Both the position numbers and the translations under genes were made by a program. The notes beneath the pieces were generated by a model that saw nothing but the letters and a program-made list of their open reading frames with translations, did not search any database and was not told where the DNA came from. Shown piece by piece: positions 49,499 to 62,850 of a stretch of 64,000 bases of DNA (position 1 is the first letter of the stretch; the number at the start of each line of letters is the position of its first letter). Location: contig OZ024744.1 of assembly GCA_964016885.1 (NCBI GenBank), positions 131,068,001 through 131,132,000 on the forward strand, given 5' to 3'. Source of the DNA: Eledone cirrhosa. Taxonomy: Eukaryota.

Positions 49499-51511
49499 AG
49501 TCGGGGTTAAGTTAAGTTGGCGTTAAGTTAAGTTAGGCTTAACTTAAGTTGGGGTTCAGTTAAGTTGGGGGTAAGTTAAGTTGGGGGTAAGTTAAGTTGG
49601 GGTTAAGTTAAGTTGCGTTTAAGTTGGGGTTAAGTTAAGTTAGGGTTAAGTTAAGTTGGGATTAAGTTAAGTTGGGGATAATTTAAGTTGGGGTTAAGTT
49701 GGGGTTAATTTAACTTGGGGCTAAGTTAATTTGTGGTTAAGTTAAGTTGGGGTTAAGTTAAGTTGGGGTTAAGTTAAGTTGGGGTTGAGTTAAGTTGGGG
49801 TTGAGTTAATTTGGGGTTAATTTAAGTTGGGGTTAAGTTAAGTTGGGTTTAAGTTAAGTTGGGGTTAAATTAAGTTGGGGTTAAATTAAGTTGGGGTTAA
49901 GTTAAGTTGGGGGTAAGTTAAGTTGGGGGCAAGTTAAGTTGGGGCTAAGTTAAGTTGGGGTTAAATTAAGTTGGGGTTACGTTAAGTTGGTGTTAAGTTA
50001 AGTTGGGGTTAATTTAAGTTGGGGTTAATTAAGTTGGGGTTAAGTTAAGTTGGGGTTAAGTTAAGTTGGGGTTTATTTAAGTTGGGGTTAAGTTAAGTTG
50101 GGGTTCAGTTAAGTTGGGGTTCAGTTAAGTTGGGGTTAAGTTAAGTTGGGGTTAAGATGGGGTTAAATTAAGTTGGGGTTAAGTTAAGTTGGGGTTAAGT
50201 TAAGTTGGGGTTAAGTTAAGTTGGGGTTCAGTTAAGTTGGGGTTAAGTTAAGTTGGGGTTAAGTTAAGTTGAGGTTAAGTTAAGTTGGGGTTAAGTTAAG
50301 TTGGTGTTAAGTTAAGTTGGGGCTAAGTTAAGTTGGGGCTGAGTTAAGTTGGGGCTGAGTTAAGTTGGGGCTAAGTTAAGTTGGGGTTGAGTTATGTTGG
50401 GGTTAAGTTAAGTTGGGGTCAAGTTAAGTTGGGGTTAAGTTGGGGTTAAGTTAAGTTAGGTTTAAGTTAAGTTGGGGTTAAGTTAAGTTGGGGTTAAGTT
50501 AAGTTGGGGTTAAGTTAAGTTAGGTTTAAGTTAAGTTGGGGTTAAGTTAAGTTGGGGTTAAGTTAAGTTGGGGTTAAGTTAAGTTGGGGTTAAGTTAAGT
50601 TGAGGTTAAGTTAAGTTGGGGTTAAATTAAGTTGGGGTTAAGTTAAGTTGGGGTTAAGTTAAGTTGGGGATAAGTTAAGTTGGGGATAATTTAAGTTGGG
50701 GTTAAGTTAAGTTGGGTTTAAGTTAAGTTGGGGTTAAGTTAAGTTGGGGTTAAGTTAAGTTGGGGTTAAGTTAAGTTGGGGTTAAGTTAAGTTGGGGTTC
50801 AGTTAAGTTGGGGTTCAGTTAAGTTGGGGTTAAGTTAAGTTGGGGTTAAGATGGGGCTAAATTAAGTTGGGGTTAAGTTAAGTTGTGGTTAAGTTAAGTT
50901 GGGGTTAAGCTAAGTTGGGGTTAAGTTAAGTCGGGGTTAAGTTAAGTCGGGGTTAAGTTAAGTTAGGGTTCAGTTAAGTTGGGGTTAAGTTAAGTTGGGG
51001 TTGAGTTAAGTTGGGGTTGAGTTAAATTGGGGTTGAGTTAAGTTGGGGTTGAGTTAAGTTGGTGTTGAGTTAAGTTGGGGTTAAGTTAAGTTGGGGTTAA
51101 GTTAAGTTGCAGTTAAGTTAAGTTGAGGTTAAGTTAAGGTGCGGTTAAGTTAAGTTGGGGTTAAGTTAAGTTGGGGCTAAGTTAAGTTGGGGCTAAGTTA
51201 AGTTGGGGCTAAGTTAAGTTGGGGTTAAGTTAAGTCGGGGTTAAGTTAAGTTGGGGTTAAGTTAAGTTGGGGTTAATTTAAGTTGGGGTTAAGTTAAGTT
51301 GGGGTTAAGTTAAGTTGGGGTTAAGTTAAGTTGGGGTTAAGTTAAGTTGGGTTTAAGTTAAGTTGGGGTCAAGTTAAGTTGGGGTTAAGTTAAGTTGGTT
51401 AGTTAAGTCGAGTTTAAGTTAAGTTGGGGTTAATTTAAGTTGGGGTTAAGTTAAGTTGGGGTTAAGTTAAGTTGGGGTTAAGTTAAGTTGGGGTTAAGTT
51501 AAGTTGGGGTT

Positions 51512-51711
51512 AACCCCAACTTAACTTAACCCCAACTTCACTCAACCCCAACGTAACTCAACCCCAACTTAACTTAACCCCAACTTCACTCAACCCCAAC
51601 TTAACTTAACCCCAACTTCACTCAACCCCAACTTAAGTCAACCCCAACTTAACTTAACCCCAACTTGACTTAACCCCAACTTAAATTAGCCCCAACTTAA
51701 CTTAAGCCCAA
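51512..51711 (-). repeat. Inverted satellite island 27, subtype C, 200 bp
   Basis: Copy of island 23. Confidence 0.95.
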
Positions 51712-53379
51712 AGTCGGGGTTAAGTTAAGTTGGCGTTATGTTAAGTCAGGCTTAACTTAAGTTGGGGTTCAGTTAAGTTGGGAGTAAGTTAAGTTGGGGG
51801 TAAGTTAAGTTGGGGTTAAATTAAGTTGCGGTTAAGTTGGGGTTAAGTTAAGTTAGGGTTAAGTTAAGTTGGGGTTGAGTTAAGTTGGGGTTAATTAAGT
51901 GGTGGTTATGTTAAGTTGGGGTTAATTTAAATTGGGGTTAAGTTAACTTTGTGGTTAAGTTCAGTTGGGGTTAAGTTAAGTTGGGGTTAAGTTGGGGTTG
52001 AGTTAAGTTGGGGTTGAGTGAAGTTGGGGTTAAGTTAAGTTGGGGTAAAGTTAAGTTGGGGTTAAGTTAAGTCGGGGTTGAGTTAAGTTGTGGTTGAGTT
52101 AAGTTGGGGTTAATTTAAGTTGGGGCTAAGTTAATTTGTGGTTAAGTTAAGTTGGGGTTAAGTTAAGTTGGGTTTAAGTTAAGTTGGGGTTAAATTAAGT
52201 TGGGGTTAAATTAAGTTGGGGTTAAGTTAAGTTGGGGGTAAGTTAAGTTGGGGGCAAGTTAAGTTGGGGCTAAGTTAAGTTGGGGTTAAATTAAGTTGGG
52301 GTTACGTTAAGTTGGTGTTAAGTTAAGTTGGGGTTAATTTAAGTTGGGGTTAATTAAGTTGGGGTTAATTTAAGTTGGGGTTAAGTTAAGTTGGGGTTAA
52401 TTTAAGTTGGGGTTGAGTTAAGTTGGGGTTAATTTAAGTTGGGGTTATATTAAGTTGGGGTTAAGTTAAGTTGGGGTTAATTTAAGTTGGGGTTAAGTTA
52501 AGTTGGGGTTTATTTAAGTTGGGGTTAAGTTAAGTTGGGGTTCAGTTAAGTTGGGGTTCAGTTAAGTTGGGGTTAAGTTAAGTTGGGGTTAAGATGGGGT
52601 TAAATTAAGTTGGGGTTAAGTTAAGTTGGGGTCAAGTTAAGTTGGGGTTAAGTTAAGTTGGGGTTAAGTTAAGTCGGGGTTAAGTTAAGTCGGGGTTAAG
52701 TTAAGTTAGGGTTCAGTTAAGTTGGGGTTAAGTTAAGTTGGGGTTGAGTTAAGTTGGGGTTGAGTTAAATTGGGGTTGAGTTAAGTTGGGGTTGAGTTAA
52801 GTTGGTGTTGAGTTAAGTTGGGGTTAAGTTAAGTTGGGGTTAAGTTAAGTTGCAGTTAAGTTAAGTTGAGGTTAAGTTAAGGTGCGGTTAAGTTAAGTTG
52901 GGGTTAAGTTAAGTTGGGGCTAAGTTAAGTTGGGGCTAAGTTAAGTTGGGGTTAAGTTAAGTTGGGGTTAAGTTAAGTCGGGGTTAAGTTAAGTTGGGGT
53001 TAAGTTAAGTTGGGGTTAAGTTAAGTTGGGGTTAAGTTAAGTTGGGGTTAAGTTAAGTTGGGTTTAAGTTAAGTTGGGGTTAAGTCAAGTTGGGGTTAAG
53101 TTAAGTTGGGGTTAAGTTTAGTTGGTTAGTTAAGTTGAGTTTAAGTTAAGTTGGGGTTAATTTAAGTTGGAGTTAAGTTAATATGGGGTTAAGTTAAGTT
53201 GGGGTTAAGTTAAGTTGGGTTTAAGTTAAGTTGGGGTTAAGTTAAGTTGGGGTCAAGTTAAGTTGGGGTTAAGTTAAGTTGGTTAGTTAAGTCGAGTTTA
53301 AGTTAAGTTGGGGTTAATTTAAGTTGGGGTTAAGTTAAGTTGGGGTTAAGTTAAGTTGGGGTTAAGTTAAGTTGGGGTT

Positions 53380-53531
53380 AACCCCAACTTAACTTAACCC
53401 CAACTTCACTCAACCCCAACGTAACTCAACCCCAACTTAACTTAACCCCAACTTCACTCAACCCCAACTTAACTTAACCCCAACTTCACTCAACCCCAAC
53501 TTATGTCAACCCCAACTTAACTTAAGCCCAA
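53380..53531 (-). repeat. Inverted satellite island 28, subtype C minus 3 distal monomers, 152 bp
   Basis: Copy of island 24. Confidence 0.93.
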
Positions 53532-54978
53532 AGTCGGGGTTAAGTTAAGTTGGCGTTATGTTAAGTCAGGCTTAACTTAAGTTGGGGTTCAGTTAAGTTG
53601 GGGGTAAGTTAAGTTGGGGGTAAGTTAAGTTGGGGTTAAGTTAAGTTGCGGTTAGGTTGGGGTTAAGTTAAGTTAGGGTTAAGTTAAGTTGGGGTTGAGT
53701 TAAGTTGGGGTTAATTAAGTGGTGGTTATGTTAAGTTGGGGTTAATTTAAATTGGGGTTAAGTTAACATTGTGGTTAAGTTAAGTTGGGGTTAAGTTAAG
53801 TTGGGGTTAAGTTGGGGTTGAGTTAAGTTGGGGTTGAGTGAAGTTGGGGTTAAGTTAAGTTGGGGTAAAGTTAAGTTGGGGTTAAGTTAAGTCGGGGTTA
53901 AGTTAAGTTGTGGTTGAGTTAAGTTGGGGTTAATTTAAGTTGGGGCTAAGTTAATTTGTGGTTAAGTTAAGTTGGGGTTAAGTTAAGTTGGGGTTGAGTT
54001 AAGTTGGGGTTGAGTTAATTTGGGGTTAAGTTAAGTTGGGGTTAAGTTAAGTTGGGTTTAAGTTAAGTTGGGGTTAAATTAAGTTGGGGTTAAATTAAGT
54101 TGGGGTTAAGTTAAGTTGGGGGTAAGTTAAGTTGGGGGCAAGTTAAGTTGGGGCTAAGTTAAGTTGGGGTTAAATTAAGTTGGGGTTACGTTAAGTTGGT
54201 GTTAAGTTAAGTTGGGGTTAATTTAAGTTGGGGTTAATTAAGTTGGGGTTAATTTAAGTTGGGGTTAAGTTAAGTTGGGGTTAATTTAAGTTGGGGTTGA
54301 GTTAAGTTGGGGTTAAGTTAAGTTGGGGTTATATTAAGTTGGGGTTAAGTTAAGTTGGGGTTAAGTTAAGTTGGGGTTAAGTTAAGTTGGGGTTTATTTA
54401 AGTTGGGGTTAAGTTAAGTTGGGGTTCAGTTAAGTTGGGGTTCAGTTAAGTTGGGGTTAAGTTAAGTTGGGGTTAAGATGGGGTTCAATTAAGTTGGGGT
54501 TAAGTTAAGTTGGGGTCAAGTTAAGTTGGGGTTAAGTTAAGTTGGGGTTAAGTTAAGTCGGGGTTAAGTTAAGTCGGGTTTAAGTTAAGTTAGGGTTCAG
54601 TTAAGTTGGGGTTAAGTTAAGTTGGGGTTGAGTTAAGTTGGGGTTGAGTTAAATTGGGGTTGAGTTAAGTTGGGGTTGAGTTAAGTTGGTGTTGAGTTAA
54701 GTTGGGGTTAAGTTAAGTTGGGGTTAAGTTAAGTTGGGGTTAATTTAAGTTGGGGTTAATTTAAGTTGGGGTTAATTTAAGTTGGGGTTAAGTTAAGTTG
54801 GGGTTAAGTTAAGTTGGGGTTAAGTTAAGTTGGGTTTAAGTTAAGTTGGGGTTAAGTTAAGTTGGGGTCAAGTTAAGTTGGGGTTAAGTTAAGTTGGTTA
54901 GTTAAGTCGAGTTTAAGTTAAGTTGGGGTTAATTTAAGTTGGGGTTAAGTTAAGTTGGGGTTAAGTTAAGTTGGGGTT

Positions 54979-55178
54979 AACCCCAACTTAACTTAACCCC
55001 AACTTCACTCAACCCCAACTTCACTCAACCCCAACTTAACTTAACCCCAACTTCACTCAACCCCAACTTAACTTAACCCCAACTTCACTCAACCCCAACT
55101 TAAGTCAACCCCAACTTAACTTAACCCCAACTTGACTTAACCCCAACTTAAATTAGCCCCAACTTAACTTAAGCCCAA
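54979..55178 (-). repeat. Inverted satellite island 29, subtype C, 200 bp
   Basis: Copy of island 25. Confidence 0.95.
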
Positions 55179-56342
55179 AGTCGGGGTTAAGTTAAGTTGG
55201 CGTTATGTTAAGTCAGGCTTAACTTAAGTTGGGGTTCAGTTAAGTTGGGGGTAAGTTAAGTTGGGGGTAAGTTAAGTTGGGGTTAAGTTAAGTTGCGGTT
55301 AAGTTGGGGTTAAGTTAAGTTAGGGTTAAGTTAAGTTGGGGTTGAGTTAAGTTGGGGTTAATTAAGTGGTGGTTATGTTAAGTTGGGGTTAATTTAAATT
55401 GGGGTTAAGTTAACATTGTGGTTAAGTTAAGTTGGGGTTAAGTTAAGTTGGGGTTAAGTTGGGGTTGAGTTAAGTTGGGGTAAAGTTAAGTTGGGGTTAA
55501 GTTAAGTTGGGGTTAAGTTAAGTTGGGGTTGAGTTAAGTTGGGGTTGAGTTAATTTGGGGTTAAGTTAAGTTGGGGTTAAGTTAAGTTGGGTTTAAGTTA
55601 AGTTGGGGTTAAATTAAGTTGGGGTTAAATTAAGTTGGGGTTAAGTTAAGTTGGGGGTAAGTTAAGTTGGGGGCAAGTTAAGTTGGGGCTAAGTTAAGTT
55701 GGGGTTAAATTAAGTTGGGGTTACGTTAAGTTGGTGTTAAGTTAAGTTGGGGTTAATTTAAGTTGGGGTTAATTAAGTTGGGGTTAATTTAAGTTGGGGT
55801 TAAGTTAAGTTGGGGTTAATTTAAGTTGGGGTTGAGTTAAGTTGGGGTTAAGTTAAGTTGGGGTTATATTAAGTTGGGGTTAGGTTAAGTTGGGGTTAAG
55901 TTAAGTTGGGGTTAAGTTAAGTTGGGGTTTATTTAAGTTGGGGTTAAGTTAAGTTGGGGTTAATTTAAGTTGGGGTTGAGTTAAGTTGGTGTTGAGTTAA
56001 GTTGCGGTTATGTTAAGTTGGGGTTAAGTTAAGTTGGGGTTAAGTTAAGTTGGGGCTGAGTTAAGTTGGGGCTGAGTTAAGTTGGGGTTAAGTTAAGTTG
56101 GGGTTAAGTTAAGTCGGGGTTAAGTTAAGTTGGGGTTAAGTTAAGTTGGGGTTAAGTTAAGTTGGGGTTAAGTTAAGTTGGGGTTAAGTTAAGTTGGGTT
56201 TAAGTTAAGTTGGGGTTAAGTTAAGATGGGGTCAAGTTAAGTTGGGGTTAAGTTAAGTTGGTTAGTTAAGTTGAGTTTAAGTTAAGTTGGGGTTAATTTA
56301 TGTTGGGGTTAAGTTAAGTTGGGGTTAAGTTAAGTTGGGGTT

Positions 56343-56542
56343 AACCCCAACTTAACTTAACCCCAACTTCACTCAACCCCAACGTAACTCAACCCCAACT
56401 TAACTTAACCCCAACTTCACTCAACCCCAACTTAACTTAACCCCAACTTCACTCAACCCCAACTTAAGTCAACCCCAACTTAACTTAACCCCAACTTGAC
56501 TTAACCCCAACTTAACTTAGCACGAACTTAACTTAAGCCCAA
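56343..56542 (-). repeat. Inverted satellite island 30, subtype C (TTAGCACG variant), 200 bp
   Basis: Copy of island 26. Confidence 0.95.
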
Positions 56543-57827
56543 AGTCGGGGTTAAGTTAAGTTGGCGTTAAGTTAAGTTAGGCTTAACTTAAGTTGGGGTT
56601 CAGTTAAGTTGGGGGTAAGTTAAGTTGGGGGTAAGTTAAGTTGGGGTTAAGTTAAGTTGCGTTTAAGTTGGGGTTAAGTTAAGTTAGGGTTAAGTTAAGT
56701 TGGGATTAAGTTAAGTTGGGGATAATTTAAGTTGGGGTTAAGTTGGGGTTAATTTAACTTGGGGCTAAGTTAATTTGTGGTTAAGTTAAGTTGGGGTTAA
56801 GTTAAGTTGGGGTTAAGTTAAGTTGGGGTTGAGTTAAGTTGGGGTTGAGTTAATTTGGGGTTAATTTAAGTTGGGGTTAAGTTAAGTTGGGTTTAAGTTA
56901 AGTTGGGGTTAAATTAAGTTGGGGTTAAATTAAGTTGGGGTTAAGTTAAGTTGGGGGTAAGTTAAGTTGGGGGCAAGTTAAGTTGGGGCTAAGTTAAGTT
57001 GGGGTTAAATTAAGTTGGGGTTACGTTAAGTTGGTGTTAAGTTAAGTTGGGGTTAATTTAAGTTGGGGTTAATTAAGTTGGGGTTAAGTTAAGTTGGGGT
57101 TAAGTTAAGTTGGGGTTTATTTAAGTTGGGGTTAAGTTAAGTTGGGGTTCAGTTAAGTTGGGGTTCAGTTAAGTTGGGGTTAAGTTAAGTTGGGGTTAAG
57201 ATGGGGTTAAATTAAGTTGGGGTTAAGTTAAGTTGGGGTTAAGTTAAGTTGGGGTTAAGTTAAGTTGGGGTTAAGTTAAGTCGGGGTTAAGTTAAGTCGG
57301 GGTTAAGTTAAGTTAGGGTTCAGTTAAGTTGGGGTTAAGTTAAGTTGGGGTTGAGTTAAGTTGGGGTTGAGTTAAATTGGGGTTGAGTTAAGTTGGGGTT
57401 GAGTTAAGTTGGTGTTGAGTTAAGTTGCGGTTATGTTAAGTTGGGGTAAGTTAAGTTGGGGTTAAGTTAAGTTGGGGCTAAGTTAAGTTGGGGCTGAGTT
57501 AAGTTGGGGTTAAGTTAAGTTGGGGTTAAGTTAAGTCGGGGTTAAGTTAAGTTGGGGTTAAGTTAAGTTGGGGTTAAGTTAAGTTGGGGTTAATTAAGTT
57601 GGGGTTAAGTTAAGTTGGGGTTAAGTTTAGTTGGGTTTAAGTTAAGTTGGGGTTAAGTTAAGTTGGGGTCAAGTTAATTTGGGGTTAAGTTAAGTTGGTT
57701 AGTTAAGTTGAGTTTAAGTTAAGTTGGGGTTAATTTATGTTGGGGTTAAGTTAAGTTGGGGTTAAGTTAAGTTGGGGTTAAGTTAAGTTGGGGTTAAGTT
57801 AAGTTGGGGTTAAGTTAAGTTGGGGTT

Positions 57828-58027
57828 AACCCCAACTTAACTTAACCCCAACGTAACTCAACCCCAACGTAACTCAACCCCAACTTAACTTAACCCCAAC
57901 TTCACTCAACCCCAACTTAACTTAACCCCAACTTCACTCAACCCCAACTTAAGTCAACCCCAACTTAACTTAACCCCAACTTGACTTAACCCCAACTTAA
58001 CTTAGCACCAACTTAACTTAAGCCCAA
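57828..58027 (-). repeat. Inverted satellite island 31, subtype C (TTAGCACC variant), 200 bp
   Basis: Two adjacent AACGTAACTC units and the TTAGCACC marker. Confidence 0.95.
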
Positions 58028-59222
58028 AGTCGGGGTTAAGTTAATTTGGCGTTAAGTTAAGTTAGGTTTAACTTAAGTTGGGGTTCAGTTAAGTTGGGGG
58101 TAAGTTAAGTTGGGGGTAAGTTAAGTTGTGGTTAAGTTAAGTTGCGTTTAAGTTGGGGTTAAGTTAAGTTAGGGTTAAGTTAAGTTGGGGTTAAGTTAAG
58201 TTGGGGTTAATTTAAATTGGGGTTAAGTTAACTTTGTGGTTAAGTTGGGGTTAATTTAAGTTGGGGCTAAGTTAATTTGTGGTTAAGTTAAGTTGGGGTT
58301 AAGTTAAGTTGGGGTTAAGTTAAGTTGGGGTTGAGTTAAGTTGGGGTTGAGTTAATTTGGGGTTAATTTAAGTTGGGGTTAAGTTAAGTTGGGGCTAAGT
58401 TAAGTTGGGGCTAAGTTAAGTTGGGGCTAAGTTAAGTTGGGGTTAGGTTAAGTCGGGGTTAAGTTAAGTCGGGGTTAAGTTAAGTTGGCGTTAAGTTAAG
58501 TTGGGGTTAATTTAAGTTGGGGTTAAGTTAAGTTGGGGTTAATTTAAGTTGGGGTTAAGTTAAGTTGCGGGTAATTTAAGTTGGGGTTAAGTTAAGTTGG
58601 GGTTAAGTTAAGTTGGGGTTATGTTAAGTTGGTTAGTTAAGTTGAGTTTAAGTTAAGTTGGGGTTAATTTATGTTGGGGTTAAGTTAAGTTGGGGTTAAG
58701 TTAAGTTGGGGTTAATTTAAGTTGGGGTTAAGTTAAGTTGCGGGTAATTTAAGTTGGGGTTAAGTTAAGTTGGGGTTAAGTTAAGTTGGGGTTATGTTAA
58801 GTTGGGGTTAAGTTAAGTTGGGGTTAAGTTAAGTTGGGGCTAAGTTAAGTTGGGGCTGAGTTAAGTTGGGGTTAAGTTAAGTTGGGGTTAAGTTAAGTTG
58901 GGGATAAGTTAAGTTGGGGTTAAGTTAAGTTGGGGTTTATTTAAGTTGGGGTTAATTTAAGTTGGGGTTCAGTTAAGTTGGGGTTAAGTTAAGTTGGGGT
59001 TAAGTTAAGTTGGGGTTAAGTTAAGTTGGGGTTAAGTTAAGTTGGGTTTAAGTTAAGTTGGGGTTAAGTTAAGTTGGGGTCAAGTTAAGTTGGGGTTAAG
59101 TTAAGTTGGTTAGTTAATTTGAGTTTAAGTTAAGTTGGGGTTAATTTTTGTTGGGGTTAAGTTAAGTTGGGGTTAAGTTAAGTTGGGGTTAAGTTAAGTT
59201 GGGGTTAAGTTAAGTTGGGGTT

Positions 59223-59422
59223 AACCCCAACTTAACTTAACCCCAACTTCACTCAACCCCAACGTAACTCAACCCCAACTTAACTTAACCCCAACTTCAC
59301 TCAACCCCAACTTAACTTAACCCCAACTTCACTCAACCCCAACTTAAGTCAACCCCAACTTAACTTAACCCCAACTTGACTTAACCCCAACTTAACTTAG
59401 CACCAACTTAACTTAAGCCCAA
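59223..59422 (-). repeat. Inverted satellite island 32, subtype C (TTAGCACC variant), 200 bp
   Basis: Closest to island 6, including its flanks. Confidence 0.95.
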
Positions 59423-62400
59423 AGTCGGGGTTAAGTTAAGTTGGCGTTAAGTTAAGTTAGGCTTAACTTAAGTTGGGGTTCAGTTAAGTTGGGGGTAAGT
59501 TAAGTTGGGGGTAAGTTAAGTTGGGGTTAAGTTAAGTTGCGTTTAAGTTGGGGTTAAGTTAAGTTAGGGTTAAGTTAAGTTGGGGTTAATTTAAATTGGG
59601 GTTAAGTTAACTTTGTGGTTAAGTTAAGTTGGGGTTAAGTTAAGTTGGGGTTAAGTTGGGGTTAACTTAAGTTGGGGCTAAGTTAATTTGTGGTTAAGTT
59701 AAGTTGGGGTTAAGTTAAGTTGGGGTTAAGTTAAGTTGGGGTTGAGTTAAGTTGGGGTTGAGTTAATTAGGGGTTAAATTAAGTTGGGGTTAAGTTAAGT
59801 TGGGGGTAAGTTAAGTTGGGGCTAAGTTAAGTTGGGGTTAAATTAAGTTGGGGTTACGTTAAGTTGGTGTTAAGTTAAGTTGGGGTTAATTTAAGTTGGG
59901 GTTAATTAAGTTGGGGTTAAGTTAAGTTGGGGTTAAGTTAAGTTGGGGTTTATTTAAGTTGGGGTTAAGTTAAGTTGGGGTTCAGTTAAGTTGGGGTTCA
60001 GTTAAGTTGGGGTTAATTTAAGTTTGGGTTAAGATGGGGTTAAATTAAGTTGGGGTTAAGTTAAGTTTGGGTTAAGTTAAGTTGGGGTTAAGTTAAGTTG
60101 GGGTTAAGTTAAGTCGGGGTTAAGTTAAGTCGGGGTTAAGTTAAGTTAGGGTTCAGTTAAGTTGGGGTTAAGTTAAGTTGGGGTTGAGTTAAGTTGGGGT
60201 TGAGTTAAATTGGGGTTGAGTTAAGTTGGGGTTGAGTTAAGTTGGTGTTGACTTAAGTTGGGGTTAAGTTAAGTTGGGGTTAAGTTAAGTTGCAGTTAAG
60301 TTAAGTTGAGGTTAAGTTAAGGTGCGGTTAAGTTAAGTTGGGGTTAAGTTAAGTTGGGGCTAAGTTAAGTTGGGGCTAATTTAAGTTGGGGCTAAGTTAC
60401 GTTGGGGTTAGGTTAAGTTGGGGTTAAGTTAAGTCGGGGTTAAGTTAAGTTGGCGTTAAGTTAAGTTGGGGTTAATTTAAGTTGGGGTTAAGTTAAGTTG
60501 GGGTTAAGTTAAGTTGGGGTTAAGTTAAGTTGGGGTTATGTTAAGTTGGGGTTAAGTTAAGTTGGGGTTAAGTTAAGTTGGGGCTAAGTTAAGTTGGGGC
60601 TGAGTTAAGTTGGGGTTAAGTTAAGTTGGGGTTAAGTTAAGTTTGGGATAAGTTAAGTTGGGGTTAAGTTAAGTTGGGGTTTATTTAAGTTGGGGTTAAT
60701 TTAAGTTGGGGTTCAGTTAAGTTGGGGTTCAGTTAAGTTGGGGTTAAGTTAAGTTGGGGTTTATTTAAGTTGGGGTTAATTTAAGTCGGGGTTAAGTTAA
60801 GTCGGGGTTCAGTTAATATAGGGTTAAGTTAAGTTGGGGTTAAGTTAAGTTGGGGTTGTGTTAAGTTGGGGTTGAGTTAAATTGGGGTTGAGTTAAGTTG
60901 GGGTTGAGTTAAGTTGGTGTTCAGTTAAGTTGGGGTTAAGTTAAGTTGGGGTTAATTTAAGTTGCAGTTAAGTTAAGTTGAGGTTAAGTTAAGGTGGGGT
61001 TAAGTTAAGTTGGGGTTAGTTTAAGTTGGGGCTAAGCTAAGTTGGGGCTAAGTTAAGTTGGGGCTAAGTTAAGTTGGGGTTAAGTTAAGTTGGGGTATAT
61101 TAAGTTGGGGTTAAGTTAAGTTGGGGTTAAGTTAAGTTGGGGTTAAGTTAAGTTGGGGCTGAGTTAAGTTGGGGCTGAGTTAAGTTGGGGCTGAGTTAAG
61201 TTGGGGTTAAGTTAAGTTGGGGTATATTAAGTTGGGGTTAAGTTAAGTTGGGGTTAAGTTAAGTTGGGGTTAAGTTAAGTTGGGGCTGAGTTAAGTTGGG
61301 GCTTAGTTAAGTTGGGGCTGAGTTAAGTTGGGGTTAAGATAAGTTGGGGTTGAGTTAAGTTGGGTTTAAGTTAAGTTGGGGTTAATTTAAGTTGGGGATA
61401 AGTTAAGTCGGGGTTAAGTTAAGTTGGTGTTAAGTTAAGTTGGGGTTAAGTTAAGTTGGGGTTAAGTTAAGTTGGGGTTAAGTTAAGTTGGGGTTAAGTT
61501 AAGTTGAGGTTAAGTTAAGTTGGGGTTAAATTAAGTTGGGGTTAAGTTAAGTTGGGGTTAAGTTAAGTTGGGGTTAAGTTAAGTTGGAGATATGTTAAGT
61601 TGGGGATGAGTTAAATTGGGGTTAAGTTAAGTTGGGTTTAAGTTAAGTTGGGGTTAAGTTAAGTTGGTTAGTTAAGTTGAGTTTAAGTTAAGTTGGGGTT
61701 AATTTAAATCGGGGTTAAGTTAAGTTAGGGTTAAGTTAAGTTGGGGTTGAGTTAAGTTGGGGTTGAGTTAAATTGGGGTTGAGTTAAGTTGGGGTTGAGT
61801 TAAGTTGGTGTTGAGTTAAGTTGGGGTTAAGTTAAGTTGGGGTTAAGTTAAGTTGTGGTTAAGTTAAGTTGAGGTTAAGTTAAGTTGGGGTTAAGTTAAG
61901 TTGGGGTTAATTTAAGTTGGGGCTAAGTTAAGTTGGGGCTAAGTTAAGTTGGGGTTAAGTTAAGTTGGGGTCAACTTAAGTTGGGGTTAAGTTAAGTTGG
62001 CGTTAAGTTAAGTTGGGGTTAAGTTAAGTTGGGGTTAAGTTAAGTTGGTGTTAAGTTAAGTTGGGGCTGAGTTAAGTTGGGGCTGAGTTAAGTTGGGGCT
62101 GAGTTAAGTTGGGGTTCAGTCAAGTTGGGGTTAAGTTAAGTTGGGGTTATTTTAAGTTGGGGTTTAGTTAAGTTGGGGTTCATTTAAGTTGGGGTTAAGT
62201 TAAGTTTGGGTTAAGTTGGGGTTAAATTAATTTGGGGTTAAATGAAGTTGGGGTTAAGTTAAGTTGGGGTTAAGTTAAGTTGGGGTTAATTTAAGTTGGG
62301 GTTAAGTTAAGTTGCGGGTAATTTAAGTTGGGGTTAAGTTAAGTTGGGGTTAAGTTAAGTTGGGGTTAAGTTAAGTTTGGGTTAAGTTAAGTTGGGGTTA

Positions 62401-62850
62401 AGTTAATTTGGGGTTAAGTTGGGGTTAAGTTAAGTTGGGGTTTATTTAAGTTGGGGTTAAGTTAAGTTGGGGTTCAGTTAAGTTGGGGTTCAGTTAAGTT
62501 GGGGTTAAGTTAAGCTGGGGTTAAGATGGGGTTAAATTAAGTTGGGGTTAAGTTAAGTTGGTTAGTTAAGTTGAGGTTAAGTTAAGTTGGGCTTAAGTTA
62601 AGTTGGGGTTAATTTAAGTTGGGGTTAAGTTAAGTTGGGGTTAAGTTAAGTTGGGGTTAAGTCAAGTTGGGGTTAAGTTAAGTTGGGGTTGAGTTAAGTT
62701 GGGGTTGAGTGAAGTTGGGGTTAAGTTAAGTTGGGGTTAAGTTAAGTTGGGGTTAAGTTAAGTTGGGGTCAAGTTAAGTTAGGGTTAAGTTAAGTTGGGG
62801 TTAAGTTAAGTTGGCGTTAAGTTAATTTGTGGTTAAGTTAAGTTGGGGTT

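Larger units (their letters stand above)
43185..50220 (+). repeat. ~7.0 kb tandem duplication, copy 1
   Basis: Islands at 44484, 46336, 47935 and 49299 recur at 51512, 53380, 54979 and 56343 (offsets 7028, 7044, 7044, 7044). Rare variants AGATGGGGCT, TAATATGGGG and TAGCACGAAC are shared. Boundaries are approximate. Confidence 0.9.
50221..57270 (+). repeat. ~7.0 kb tandem duplication, copy 2
   Basis: Matches 43185-50220, with one extra 16-mer near 52820 and very few substitutions (e.g. GTGG near 50885). Confidence 0.9.
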
